DNA of 64,000 nucleotides from Bdellovibrionota bacterium (GTDB lineage Bacteria; Bdellovibrionota_C; UBA2361; SZUA-149; CAZDWZ01), in NCBI GenBank assembly GCA_046328905.1, contig JAXLVP010000001.1, positions 46,731-110,730 of the forward strand. Direction: 5' to 3'. The notes under the pieces are model-generated. The model saw only the letters and a list, made by a program, of their open reading frames with translations. It searched no databases and was not told the DNA's origin. A program made the position numbers and the translations under genes. Position 1 is the first letter of the stretch; each line of letters starts with the position of its first letter. Of this stretch, positions 28,288 to 37,975 are shown piece after piece.

Positions 28288-28784
28288 TACGCCTTGACTC
28301 GGGGGAGCGCCCACTTTGCGGACTGAGCGACATACTCGTCCTTATCCTTTGTGGCGCGTTCCAGAGCTGGGGCCGCGGCTGATGCCCCTGTGCCGATCTT
28401 TCCGAGCGCCTTTGCGGCAGCCCGTCTGACAAACTTGGATTCATCGGTCAGACGTTCTGCAAGCGCAGGGACGGCCGGTTCTGCGGCGTCCCCCATCAGG
28501 CCGAGATACGATGCCGCAGCAGTTCGCTTTGTGGGTCGAGGATCGTCGAGCTGCTTCAGATAGTAATTTAGCCAACGGTTTCCTGTCCCGTGCTGCGCGG
28601 TTCGTGAAGGCGGCGACGTCGGGGTAGCTGACCAATTCGAATGCGTCTCCGCTTCCTCGTGAGGCTCGACGAACGGGAGGAGCACGACGCAACCGGTCTG
28701 TGTCAGGAGAATTGCCATCGAGAGCGAGAAAACGGCACGCTTGGAAGACAATGAGAGATGTGCGGGGCGAAAGAGGAGTCGCAT
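28284..28784 (-). CDS. HEAT-repeat (PBS lyase-like) lipoprotein
   Basis: MRLLFRPAHLSLSSKRAVFSLSMAILLTQTGC signal + lipobox. Then repeats ...AAASYLGLMGDAAEPAVPALAERLTDESKFVRRAAAKALGKIG... typical of HEAT/PBS lyase repeats. Confidence 0.6.
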   Translation of the reverse strand: MRLLFRPAHLSLSSKRAVFSLSMAILLTQTGCVVLLPFVEPHEEAETHSNWSATPTSPPSRTAQHGTGNRWLNYYLKQLDDPRPTKRTAAASYLGLMGDAAEPAVPALAERLTDESKFVRRAAAKALGKIGTGASAAAPALERATKDKDEYVAQSAKWALPRVKAY

Positions 28785-28810
28785 AGTTTTTGGTCGTGCG
28801 GAGCTGTCGC

Positions 28811-29134
28811 TCACTCCTCCGACGGCAGCGAATTTTCAGAGCTTCTGAAATCGCCTGGAACCGTATCATCGTCGGCGTCTGAGCTTTCCGGGGAGAAGAC
28901 CCAATAGTTTACGGTCGCGAGGCCGAAGAGCGCCGCTGCGATGGAAAAGTTTACGCCCGCCTCGCGAAACAGCGTTGGTCCCAGCCCCGCGGCCTCACCG
29001 AGCGAACCCTCGCCGAGAGAACCGGTAGCGTGGAAAAGATTCTGGGCGGCGCCGATCAGATACAGCAGTCCGAGCGCGAGCAGTGTCAGGCTGACAGCCC
29101 ACTGAAAGAATTTTCGTACGAGCGACAAAATCAT
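28811..29134 (-). CDS. small hypothetical membrane protein
   Basis: 107 aa, two TM helices, acidic tail. Same strand and immediately upstream of HEAT lipoprotein. Confidence 0.4.
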   Translation of the reverse strand: MILSLVRKFFQWAVSLTLLALGLLYLIGAAQNLFHATGSLGEGSLGEAAGLGPTLFREAGVNFSIAAALFGLATVNYWVFSPESSDADDDTVPGDFRSSENSLPSEE

Positions 29135-29243
29135 GTTCGACGGTCTTCAATTCAAATCGGGTCTACGGCCCTGAAACGAGCCGGTGTCGGCAGTTTCAGA
29201 AATAGCTCTACCAACTTTGTGGGAATCGTAAAAGACGGCTTTT

Positions 29244-32237
29244 TCACGCAGTTGCCGGACGATTCGAGAGGACAGCATTCAACACCGTGCTCAGTGTGCT
29301 CATCTCGTACGGCTTTGCCATCACGCCGCAGAAGCCATACTTGCGAAACTCGGCCATGACCGGCCCGTCTGCATAACCGCTCGAGACGATAGCCCGCACC
29401 TGTGGGTCGAGCTTCTTGAGCTTTCGAATAGCGACACGTCCGCCCATTCCTCCTGGGACGGTGAGATCCATAATCACCGCCGCAAATGGGCGACCTTCGT
29501 TTTGCGCTTGCTGGTATCGCTCGACGGCCTGGACCCCGTTTTCCGCGAAATCAACTTCATAACCCAGCCGCGACAACATGTGGCCGGCGACATTCCGCAC
29601 CATTGACTCGTCGTCCATCAGGAGTATCCGTCCGGACCCAAGCTGAAGCTCACGTGCTGCCTTCTTCTCAATCGCTCGGCGGCGGGGGCACGCTGGAAGG
29701 TAAATGGTGAACTCAGTGCCCTGACCGACTGCGGACTCGACTTCGATATGGCCCTGATGCCGGCGAATGATGGAATAGGTCGTAGCAAGCCCCAGCCCAC
29801 TGCCGCCGTCTTTCGTCGTGAAGAACGGATCGAAGATCTTCGAGAGATTCTCCGGCGGGATTCCGGCGCCTTCGTCTCGAAATGAGATGCGAAGATACTC
29901 GCCGGGCCGAAGTGGGGGACCGTATTCGGAGCTTCTCCGAGCGACTCGCTGGTTTTGGCAGAGAACCGTAATGTGGCCTCCATCGGGCATGGCTTGGCAC
30001 GCATTCAAAATCAGATTGTTGATCACCTGCGAGATCTGCCCCTCGTCGACATCCGCCGGCCAAAGCGAATCAGGCGCTTGCAGCGAATACGAGACATCGC
30101 TTCCGGCAAGCGTGAAACCAATCGTGTCCCGGAGAATCTCTACGATAGCGGCGGTCCGCTTGATCGGCATGCCTCCCTTCGCGAACGTAAGGAGCTGATG
30201 TGTCAGATCGCGTGCACGATAAACGGCTTTCTCGACATCGTTCAGCCTTTCGTAAAGCGGGCTCTCCTCCGGCACCTCGAGCTTCGAGAATGAGATTGAA
30301 CCGAGCATCGCCATCAGAATGTTGTTGAAGTCGTGCGCGATGCCGCCGGCCAAAATGCCGAGAGATTCGAGCTTGCACGCTTTGAGATACTCCGCTTCCC
30401 ACTTCTTTTTCTCGCTGATGTCTTCAATTTCCGCGACCAGGTATCGGGGAGAGTTGTTTGAATCGAAGATCGCACCGATCCGTTTCGTCGCGTAAATGGT
30501 TGAGCCGTTCTTGTGGAGATACCGCTTGTCGAGCTCGATGTGGCTGACCCTTCCGCGGAGCAGCTCGAGAAGCTTTCGACGAGGAATCCGGTGTCCTTCT
30601 TCCGGGTGGGAGATGTCAGCGAAGCTGAGATGGAGCAGCTCTTCCGCGTCGCGCCCGAGCATCTTACAGAGCGCGTTATTGACGCTCAGGAACTTTCCGT
30701 CGAGAGTGCAGGTTGCCATACCGATTTGAGCAGTATTGAACGTGAGCCGAAGCTGGGCTTCGTTTTGTGCAAATTGCTCCTGGCTGGCCGCGAGCTCCAG
30801 CTCTACGCGCTTCCGATCGAAACCGTTGGCGAAGATCTGCGCGAACATCTTGAGGAGCACGACCGCATCAGCCGACCACACTTTCGTTCGCGTGATGCTG
30901 TCTAGTCCGACGAATCCGATTAGCCGACGTCCCTGAACCATGGGCACCGCGATCAGAGACCGAATTCCACGGCGCGCGAGCTCTTCGCGCTCTGCCTCTG
31001 CTGTCGCCGGGAGATCGTCCGGAGATTTGAGATAGATCACGTCGTGTTTGAGCAGCTTGGCTTTGAGCCAGGGATACTCTTCAATTCGGATCTGGTGGAG
31101 CCTGTCCTGTTCGACCCGCAGGTCCGGTGAAACCCATTCGTGAGTATTGGTCATCAGCTCTCCATCCGGAGAGAGCAGGAAGATGTAGCTCCGATCAACG
31201 CCCGCGAAACGGCCTATCGATTCCAGGGCCAAAAGCGTCTCTGCATCGATACTCTCGCTCGGTGCGCTGATGAAGCGAGCGGAAATCGAAAAAATCAATT
31301 TCTCGAAATCGAAGCGATAACGAAGCGCGACCTCCGCGCGCCGCTGTCCCACCGCGATGCCTGCGATTGCAGCAGCTTTCTCTATGGTGCGCAGCTCTCC
31401 TGCCTTCGGTGAACGAATCGACCCACCGTACAGGGCAAGTGTACCCAGAACTCGCCCGCTCGCCGAGAATATCGGTTGCGCCCAGCAGGAGCGAAGACCG
31501 AGATCGAGTGCTGCTCCCCGGCACGACGCCCAGATCGAGTCCTGGGCTATATGCGGTGTGATGACCTGTCTGCCGAGCCAAGCCGCGGCACCGCAAGCCC
31601 CTCGATCTGGGCCGATCTCGAATCGCTCCCAGCGCCGCAGAAGGTCTTCAGGCACACTCGGCGCCGCGCCGAGAATCAGATGTTTTCCGTCTTCGTCGAG
31701 CAACGAGATTGAACAGAGCATTCCCGGCGTTTGGCGCTCTAAGTCTTTTGCGAGCGCAGAAAGGATCGTCGGAAGGGGATACCCTCGAGCGAGCAGATCG
31801 AGCACTTGGTTGGGACCGTCCTGCAGCGCTTCGCGCTTCTTCCGCGCGGCCGCCCGGCGGAGAAGCGAGCGGAAGTCCAATGACTCGGGCTCATCCGTAC
31901 AGACTACCTCATGAGCGCCACATTCGATTGCCCGCGATTGCTCAACGCTTGCGCTGCCGGAGAGAATGGCGGTGACAGAGGATTCGGGAGCAGACCGCAC
32001 AACGTCGATGAGCTCAGTCACCGAGTCGGCATCGGAATCCGCGTGAAGGTCCACGATGATCGTGTCGAACGATTCACTCCCGAGCACCGGAAGCGCATCG
32101 CGGACGGTGGAAACCTGTTTGAGACGTTCAGGAGACGAATCAGCTTCGATACGATAGCGCAACAGAGCGGCGCTCGGGGATTCCAGTCGGCCTCCCTTCG
32201 GTGCGATCAGTAAAATGCTCAATCCGTCACTGTCCAT
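29244..32237 (-). CDS. hybrid sensor histidine kinase/response regulator (REC-like, GAF, GAF, PAS, HisKA, HATPase, REC)
   Basis: 997 aa. H-box ESLGILAGGIAHDFNNIL, N/G boxes (NLILNACQAM, DEGAGIPPE, GGSGLGL). C-terminal receiver RILLMDDE...VIMDLTVPG...K. Confidence 0.85.
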   Translation of the reverse strand: MDSDGLSILLIAPKGGRLESPSAALLRYRIEADSSPERLKQVSTVRDALPVLGSESFDTIIVDLHADSDADSVTELIDVVRSAPESSVTAILSGSASVEQSRAIECGAHEVVCTDEPESLDFRSLLRRAAARKKREALQDGPNQVLDLLARGYPLPTILSALAKDLERQTPGMLCSISLLDEDGKHLILGAAPSVPEDLLRRWERFEIGPDRGACGAAAWLGRQVITPHIAQDSIWASCRGAALDLGLRSCWAQPIFSASGRVLGTLALYGGSIRSPKAGELRTIEKAAAIAGIAVGQRRAEVALRYRFDFEKLIFSISARFISAPSESIDAETLLALESIGRFAGVDRSYIFLLSPDGELMTNTHEWVSPDLRVEQDRLHQIRIEEYPWLKAKLLKHDVIYLKSPDDLPATAEAEREELARRGIRSLIAVPMVQGRRLIGFVGLDSITRTKVWSADAVVLLKMFAQIFANGFDRKRVELELAASQEQFAQNEAQLRLTFNTAQIGMATCTLDGKFLSVNNALCKMLGRDAEELLHLSFADISHPEEGHRIPRRKLLELLRGRVSHIELDKRYLHKNGSTIYATKRIGAIFDSNNSPRYLVAEIEDISEKKKWEAEYLKACKLESLGILAGGIAHDFNNILMAMLGSISFSKLEVPEESPLYERLNDVEKAVYRARDLTHQLLTFAKGGMPIKRTAAIVEILRDTIGFTLAGSDVSYSLQAPDSLWPADVDEGQISQVINNLILNACQAMPDGGHITVLCQNQRVARRSSEYGPPLRPGEYLRISFRDEGAGIPPENLSKIFDPFFTTKDGGSGLGLATTYSIIRRHQGHIEVESAVGQGTEFTIYLPACPRRRAIEKKAARELQLGSGRILLMDDESMVRNVAGHMLSRLGYEVDFAENGVQAVERYQQAQNEGRPFAAVIMDLTVPGGMGGRVAIRKLKKLDPQVRAIVSSGYADGPVMAEFRKYGFCGVMAKPYEMSTLSTVLNAVLSNRPATA

Positions 32238-33044
32238 GGTCTCGTCGTCCGGAAATCGGCTTCAATTCACAACAGCAGCATCGAGGCGCGCGCACAGTGG
32301 GGCGCTTGTGAAAACCTTTTGCGAACCGGTCTGACCGAGGAACCCGTCGGTTGTAAGCGGAGGTAACTGCGCTCGAGTGTCTTGAGGTGGGAGAAGAAAC
32401 TTCCCGTTTTTCACCGCGCGAAATGTGCTCGGCAGTGAACGATGGACACCGTTCGAGTACAGCAACTCAGAAGGGGGTGACCCCCCTTCAAGTCATTCTG
32501 TCTGCCGAGTGCGGGCTAAACAAGGGGCCGTTCGAAATTTTCGGTCGATGTGAGCTGCCGACGTCGATCCGAACGGTGTACGAGGTGAAGTACGGAGCTG
32601 AGGCTCCATGTCAGCAATTCACCCGAGCCGCGGCGTTCCGGGCCTATGCCTCGGTATCCACTCGCTTTGAAGAGTCGACCTTTTTCTTCGGCTCCTCGCG
32701 CTCGACCCGCTTTTCTGAGCGAGCTTCCTCGCTGCGGCGACTGGAAGATTCTGATGATTTTCGAGCGGCCTCGCTCGAATCCCTCGATCGTACTGCGTCG
32801 ATACCCATGGGCGATACTCCGTTATACGAACAATATCGGCCGTATTCCCGGAAGGTTAACAATCTGGGCCGGTCGAATCGACGGCGGTCTCGGAGGAAAA
32901 CAGCGAATTACCGGCTACTTACGCGATGTGGGAAGCTCGAAGACATCCGTGACGGTGATAAACGCGTGTGTTAGAGCGAATAGGAAGCGATACCGGGCAG
33001 CGAGCCCGGTTTATGTATCAATCGACCAACATTTTTGCGGTTCT

Positions 33045-33947
33045 ATGTGTTCGATGGCCACCGAATCTCAGATCCAAGAGCAAGCGGCGCCGCTCGGCGC
33101 CGAGGTTCGCACAGCACGACCGTTTCTCAAATGGGCCGGCGGTAAAACTGCTCTTCTTCCGGAGTTGCTCAAACGAGTGCCGAAGGATTTCAACGCATAC
33201 TTCGAACCGTTTCTCGGCGGGGGTGCGCTGTTCTTTGCTCTGGCGCCTGAGAAGGCGTTTCTCTCTGATGCCAACTCCGATGTGATCAACGTTTTTCGCG
33301 CTGTCCGCGACAAGTTGCCGGATCTCATTGCCAATCTCGCGAAGCATAGTCATTCGAAGCGCTACTACTACAAGCTGCGAAATCTCGATCGCGGATCAGA
33401 TTTCTGGGTGCTGAGCGATGTCGAGCGCGCAAGCAGGCTGATCTATCTGAATAAGACGTGCTTCAATGGATTGTATCGAGTGAACTCTCGTGGCGAGTTC
33501 AATGTTCCGTTCGGTGCGTACCAGAACCCAAAGTTCCTCGACCGTGAGAACCTTGAGAGCTGTAATCGTGTTCTCCAGAACGCGGACCTGAGTGTCGGCT
33601 CTTTTGAGGCTACCGCTGCGAATGCGAAGAGAGGTGATTTCGTCTACTTCGATCCGCCATACGCTCCGCTCAGTGAGACAGCCAACTTCACGAGTTATAC
33701 GAAAGACGGATTTGCGGATTCTGACCAAGTGACGTTGGCCGAGCTCTGCCGGACGTTGGATAAGCGAGGCGTAAAGTTCATGCTCTCCAATTCGGCGACG
33801 GACCGAATGAACGAGCTCTACAAGGATTTCTTGATTGAGACAGTGCAGTCGCCGAGAGCGATTAACTCTCGTGCAGACAGAAGGGGAAAGATCGCGGAAA
33901 TCATCGTGAGAAACTACGATATTGAACCAGATCTCGATGTCGACTGA
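33045..33947 (+). CDS. Dam-family (D12 class) DNA N6-adenine methyltransferase
   Basis: FLKWAGGK SAM-binding motif I and DPPY catalytic motif IV (FVYFDPPYAP). About 297-300 aa. Start at ATG 33045 or 33054; the upstream in-frame extension of ORF 32646.. looks non-coding. Confidence 0.8.
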   Translation: MCSMATESQIQEQAAPLGAEVRTARPFLKWAGGKTALLPELLKRVPKDFNAYFEPFLGGGALFFALAPEKAFLSDANSDVINVFRAVRDKLPDLIANLAKHSHSKRYYYKLRNLDRGSDFWVLSDVERASRLIYLNKTCFNGLYRVNSRGEFNVPFGAYQNPKFLDRENLESCNRVLQNADLSVGSFEATAANAKRGDFVYFDPPYAPLSETANFTSYTKDGFADSDQVTLAELCRTLDKRGVKFMLSNSATDRMNELYKDFLIETVQSPRAINSRADRRGKIAEIIVRNYDIEPDLDVD

Positions 33948-33957
33948 GAGGAGCCCT

Positions 33958-34221
33958 ATGTTCTTGCGTAAAGGCCTATTGTTATTGCTGCTGATTGTGG
34001 CGTGTTCCGCCTGCAAGTCAAAGAGCCACGACGGAGGCGCTCATCCGGAGCCGAACGCTTTGAAAGAGTACGTCAACGAACCGAAGAACAAGGCGAATGA
34101 CGCAAAAACCAAGCTCGAACGAGCGCAAGACGCCCAGAAGCAGGAAGCGCTCGACTCGCTCGGCGACGATGATGAGGGCGATGACGAAGGGGGAGGGGTT
34201 TCCGGTGCACCGGGCGAATGA
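33958..34221 (+). CDS. small hypothetical lipoprotein with acidic tail
   Basis: MFLRKGLLLLLLIVACSAC signal/lipobox, gaggag RBS. 11 nt after methyltransferase stop. Confidence 0.45.
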   Translation: MFLRKGLLLLLLIVACSACKSKSHDGGAHPEPNALKEYVNEPKNKANDAKTKLERAQDAQKQEALDSLGDDDEGDDEGGGVSGAPGE

Positions 34222-34223
34222 GC

Positions 34224-34853
34224 TCAGTGACGCAAGAGGAGAATCACTGCTGAGACCAGCGTGACGGCGAGAGCCACTGCTCCGCCGATGACAATCTGTT
34301 TCCGTTTCTTTTCGCGCTCTGCCTGTGTTTCGACCGGCGGATGATTCATTTTCGCCATCTCCGCCACGCTCATCGGCCGACCGGTTTCCGTTTGAGGGCT
34401 GGGCACGTTCTGAACCGGGCTTTGCAGGATGACCGTCTCCGGCTTCTTAATCTTCACCCTGGCTTTTGATTCCATCCGAACGAGTTTCATACTCGCGTCG
34501 GTGATCGGAGTATTCCACGCTTTGATGCTCTGAGAAACGCGGCCCGTCGGCTCCGACCAATCTTCTTCGGCCTCGACAGGCAGCGTCCTGTCGTATTCCT
34601 TACGCTTATCTGGTTTTACTAACGTGTGATATGCCGCGGTGACGCGCTGGAAGATCTCCTTGTCGCGGTTCGACAGCTTGTACTTGATGATGTCTTCGTA
34701 GTAATTGGAGTCGGGATGGTAGATTCGCGCGATTTCGCGGTACGCATCTTTGATCACCTCGGTCGACGCGTCGCGAGCCACTCCAAGCAGCTCGTAATAA
34801 TTCTTGTTTTCGAAGTCGTCGGTGAGTTGGATCGCCACGTTTAATCTCCACAA
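34224..34853 (-). CDS. J-domain (DnaJ-like) protein with C-terminal transmembrane anchor
   Basis: NYYELLGVARDASTEVIKDAYREIARIYHPD is a J-domain with HPD. C-terminal TM IVIGGAVALAVTLVSAVILLL. Confidence 0.65.
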   Translation of the reverse strand: MWRLNVAIQLTDDFENKNYYELLGVARDASTEVIKDAYREIARIYHPDSNYYEDIIKYKLSNRDKEIFQRVTAAYHTLVKPDKRKEYDRTLPVEAEEDWSEPTGRVSQSIKAWNTPITDASMKLVRMESKARVKIKKPETVILQSPVQNVPSPQTETGRPMSVAEMAKMNHPPVETQAEREKKRKQIVIGGAVALAVTLVSAVILLLRH

Positions 34854-34974
34854 AGAAAGTCGGTAAACTGATACATAACCTTTAAACGGGTTGACCGGCC
34901 CGTGTAAGTGTCGGTAACCTCTGCGGATTTGCCGGGAGAATGTTGAGTGTCGGTCTCTTGATTCGACGGACGGC

Positions 34975-36048
34975 CTAGGAGCCGCCGTTCAGGAATGCAT
35001 CGACGCGGCTAACGTATTGGGGATCCGTAACTGTCTGAAGGTGGTTTGCACCCTTCACCTCCCAAACGAGAATCGGTCCTCGGGCTGCTTGCTCGAGCAG
35101 TCGACAGTGCCGAAACGAGATCATCGCATCTTCCGTGCCGTGGATGAGCATAAGTCGAGACGAGTCGAGCTTACGCAGGGCATCACGATTGTCGACCTGC
35201 GACAGATCGAATCCGGTCCACAGTTTTCCCCAAAAAGTGAGCTGATACCAAAGTGCAGGTTCGAACGGGCCCGTGAAGCGGAGGAACTTCTCGTCGACGA
35301 TCTCTCTCAAGCTCGAGTAGGTTGCATCGACAACAATCCGCTGAAATGGAAAGTCATCGGCGGCGAACTGAAGGAGAGCTGCGCCTCCGAGCGAGTATCC
35401 AAGAGCCACCGGCGCTCGTCCCGGGTAGCGAGAGCGCAGCCACGCGACGCCTGCCGCAACATCGCGCTTCTCACGAAAACCGAGAGTTGTGAGCCTGCCG
35501 TCGCTTTCACCGTGTCCTTCGAGATCAAAGATCAGCACCGGGTAGTCGACCGCTGCGAAAGCGGCGGCGATGGGAAGGAAGTTCCCCTTATTGGCGTTGA
35601 GGCCGTGGAGTAGGAGAAGCGGCGGCTTGGAACCGCCCGGATTGAGCAACCATCCTCGTAGTGTAAGGTTTGCTGCAGGCAGCGAGACATCCTCGAACTG
35701 AATTCCGAGCTTCGACGGATGCTGAAGACCGGCGATCTTCTGCGGATGAAGCTGAATCGTCGCGAATAGAAATGGAAGCGCGAGGAATACGACAAAAAAG
35801 GCTTTCACGGCGACAGTTGGTGCCGGCTTGACGATACCGATGGAGACGAGCGCACGTCCGAGAATGAAGTAGAGCAGATGGCAAAACGCCATCAGACAGA
35901 AGAGTGCGGTCGTGTCGATGGCGAAGTTTTCAGCCGAATACGTTCCATGAATAACCGCGGCCAAACCGAAGCCGCGCAGCGCGACGATCGTGGCACAGAA
36001 GCCGAAATATTTAACAATCAGCCAGAAAGCTCGACGGTCTTTCGCCAT
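34975..36048 (-). CDS. alpha/beta hydrolase with N-terminal membrane domain
   Basis: Several N-terminal TM helices. Nucleophile elbow GYSLGG, HG dipeptide (LLLLHGLNAN), catalytic Asp/His region. Confidence 0.7.
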   Translation of the reverse strand: MAKDRRAFWLIVKYFGFCATIVALRGFGLAAVIHGTYSAENFAIDTTALFCLMAFCHLLYFILGRALVSIGIVKPAPTVAVKAFFVVFLALPFLFATIQLHPQKIAGLQHPSKLGIQFEDVSLPAANLTLRGWLLNPGGSKPPLLLLHGLNANKGNFLPIAAAFAAVDYPVLIFDLEGHGESDGRLTTLGFREKRDVAAGVAWLRSRYPGRAPVALGYSLGGAALLQFAADDFPFQRIVVDATYSSLREIVDEKFLRFTGPFEPALWYQLTFWGKLWTGFDLSQVDNRDALRKLDSSRLMLIHGTEDAMISFRHCRLLEQAARGPILVWEVKGANHLQTVTDPQYVSRVDAFLNGGS

Positions 36049-36103
36049 TCGACGAGCTTAGAGGCGTCGGTAGCGTTAGGCAACGCCGTTCTTGCTGAAG
36101 AAT

Positions 36104-36787
36104 CTATTCGGAAAGCTTACGGTCAATCCGGCTCGGAAAGAAGTATGCCGCCCCTGCGAGCACATAAATCCACAGGCTCAGCTTTACGCTCACCGGCGAC
36201 ACAAGGATCGAAAGCATGCCGGCAAGCGGTGCCATCAGAATACGCTGATGACCTAGCTCGATGACTTTTCGGTCGAGACTTTTCGGAACGAGCCGGTGAT
36301 TATGCGACGCGTACCGCCAGAGAAGCGCGAGCGAGCCCCCGGTGGCTATCAACGACAAACCGTAAGCTGCGACAGCAACCTTCAACCTCCAGTAACTGCC
36401 CAGCAATGACGTTGGGAACGGCATGATGCAAACGCACATGAGAAACACGATGTTGATCCAGAGGAAGGCTCGATCATAGTAGAGCACATGCCTCAGCACG
36501 GCTTGGTAGCCGGTCCAATACACGCCAATGACGATGAAGGTCGCCATGTAGCTCAGGAACTTCGGCGCTAGTGCGATGAGCGCTTGCGCGAGCTGCTGCT
36601 CCGAAAAGAGATCGCCGTTGGTTGGGAGCGGCACCTTGATGTCGAAAATGAGCAGAGTGATGACGATCGCGAATACTCCGTCACTCAGCGAGTGGAGCCG
36701 AGACAGGTCCTGGTAGCGCATTGCTGTGGTGCCAGTGACTGATGTTTCAATGACTGAGGCGGGTTCGTCTGACACGGAGCTCTCCAT
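36104..36787 (-). CDS. TMEM175/DUF1211 family putative potassium channel
   Basis: RLHSLSDGVFAIVITLLIFDI matches the TMEM175 family signature (R-x-x-x-FSDGV(F/I)AI-ITLL). Six TM helices. Confidence 0.7.
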   Translation of the reverse strand: MESSVSDEPASVIETSVTGTTAMRYQDLSRLHSLSDGVFAIVITLLIFDIKVPLPTNGDLFSEQQLAQALIALAPKFLSYMATFIVIGVYWTGYQAVLRHVLYYDRAFLWINIVFLMCVCIMPFPTSLLGSYWRLKVAVAAYGLSLIATGGSLALLWRYASHNHRLVPKSLDRKVIELGHQRILMAPLAGMLSILVSPVSVKLSLWIYVLAGAAYFFPSRIDRKLSE

Positions 36788-36905
36788 GAATCGGAACGCT
36801 TTCGGCGAAAATGGATTGAATCGGCAGATCCGGCAGGATTCCAGGTAGCCGGGTTCTTGCCCATAATGCTATAATTTTTGGGGACGCTCAGGAAAGGATT
36901 TTCAA

Positions 36906-37271
36906 ATGAATCGCAAGCTTATTGCTCCGGTCACATGCGGCCTCGTGACGGCCTACATGGCGGGATCGCTTGTGATCAGAAGCCCGATCGTCGATTTGGG
37001 AACGGCGGGGATTGCTCTGGCGACGAGCTGGTTCATCTTTCCACTTTCCTTCCTCGCTGGATTCTTCAGCTTCCGTGATACTGCCACAGGGATTGGCACA
37101 CTTTTCCTCTCGCTGCTCCCCATGCTTGCCACGACGATCTTCTTGATGTTCGAGTTCGCGTTGCCCCCCAACGGTGCGGGAGCAATGCTGATTGCTGTTT
37201 TCTCCGGCTCCTATCTCGGAGCAAAGCTCGGGCAGGTCGTTTATCGAAGCACCAACCCGCCGGAACCCTGA
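36906..37271 (+). CDS. small hypothetical membrane protein
   Basis: 121 aa, four hydrophobic helices, caggaaagg RBS. Confidence 0.4.
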   Translation: MNRKLIAPVTCGLVTAYMAGSLVIRSPIVDLGTAGIALATSWFIFPLSFLAGFFSFRDTATGIGTLFLSLLPMLATTIFLMFEFALPPNGAGAMLIAVFSGSYLGAKLGQVVYRSTNPPEP

Positions 37272-37324
37272 AGTCTTCCTCGCTTGGTTTCGCGACCTAT
37301 CTCGCTTCAGCCTATCTCGCTCCA

Positions 37325-37975
37325 GTGAGCGAAGTGACTGCGATCATGGTCCATCCGAATGTTCGCGGTAATCTGCTCTTTGTGGAGAATCCCTTCAACC
37401 CTGAACACATCGCATCGTATCTCAGCTCGTGGCAGAGCACCGGCATGCTACCGCTCGTGGTGGTAGCGGCCTACATTATCGGCAGCATGCTGTTCGTTCC
37501 GATTTTTGCTTTGGTGTTTGCTACTGCGTACGTGCTGTCTCCCGTCGAGGGAGCCTTGTGCTCATTTTTGGGGGTGGTCGCCGGAGGCATGGTCGGATAC
37601 ACGGCCGGCAGAGTATTCGGCGAGCGACTTTTTCCTGCGCGAGCGCGGCGAGTGCTCGAGGCGGTCCGGGGGAAGATCTCGGAACATGAAATCACGTCCG
37701 TCGCGATCATCCGCAAGCTTCCGATCGCGCCGTTCACGATCGTCAATATGGCGATCGGTGCCCTCAAGGTGAGAGCTACGTCTTTCGCGCTCGGGACCGC
37801 TGTGGGTATGGCGCCCGTAATCGTGCTTCTTGCTGTTTTGAGTAAATCGTACCATTCGGCTTCTCACGAGCACTCTTGGAAGTTCACCGCTTATTCGGTG
37901 GCCGGAACTGTGCTTGTACTCATTGCAACGTTATCGTTTGAGCGGTTGCTCAAGCGGCGGTCCGACGCGCGCTAG
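37325..37975 (+). CDS. DedA/TVP38/TMEM64 family membrane protein
   Basis: Topology and motifs (...FVPIFALVFATAYVLSP...GRVFGERLF...IIRKLPIAPF...) typical of SNARE-associated/TVP38 family. Confidence 0.65.
   Translation: MSEVTAIMVHPNVRGNLLFVENPFNPEHIASYLSSWQSTGMLPLVVVAAYIIGSMLFVPIFALVFATAYVLSPVEGALCSFLGVVAGGMVGYTAGRVFGERLFPARARRVLEAVRGKISEHEITSVAIIRKLPIAPFTIVNMAIGALKVRATSFALGTAVGMAPVIVLLAVLSKSYHSASHEHSWKFTAYSVAGTVLVLIATLSFERLLKRRSDAR

Noticed and set aside
32387-32974. 195-aa plus-strand ORF in the 800-bp spacer, and the in-frame N-terminal extension of the methyltransferase ORF (32646..33044)
   Set aside because: Ser/Arg/Thr-rich, no RBS, no motif. The methyltransferase motif I (FLKWAGGK) lies about 30 aa after ATG 33045, so the extension is unnecessary. 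Region treated as non-coding or decayed.
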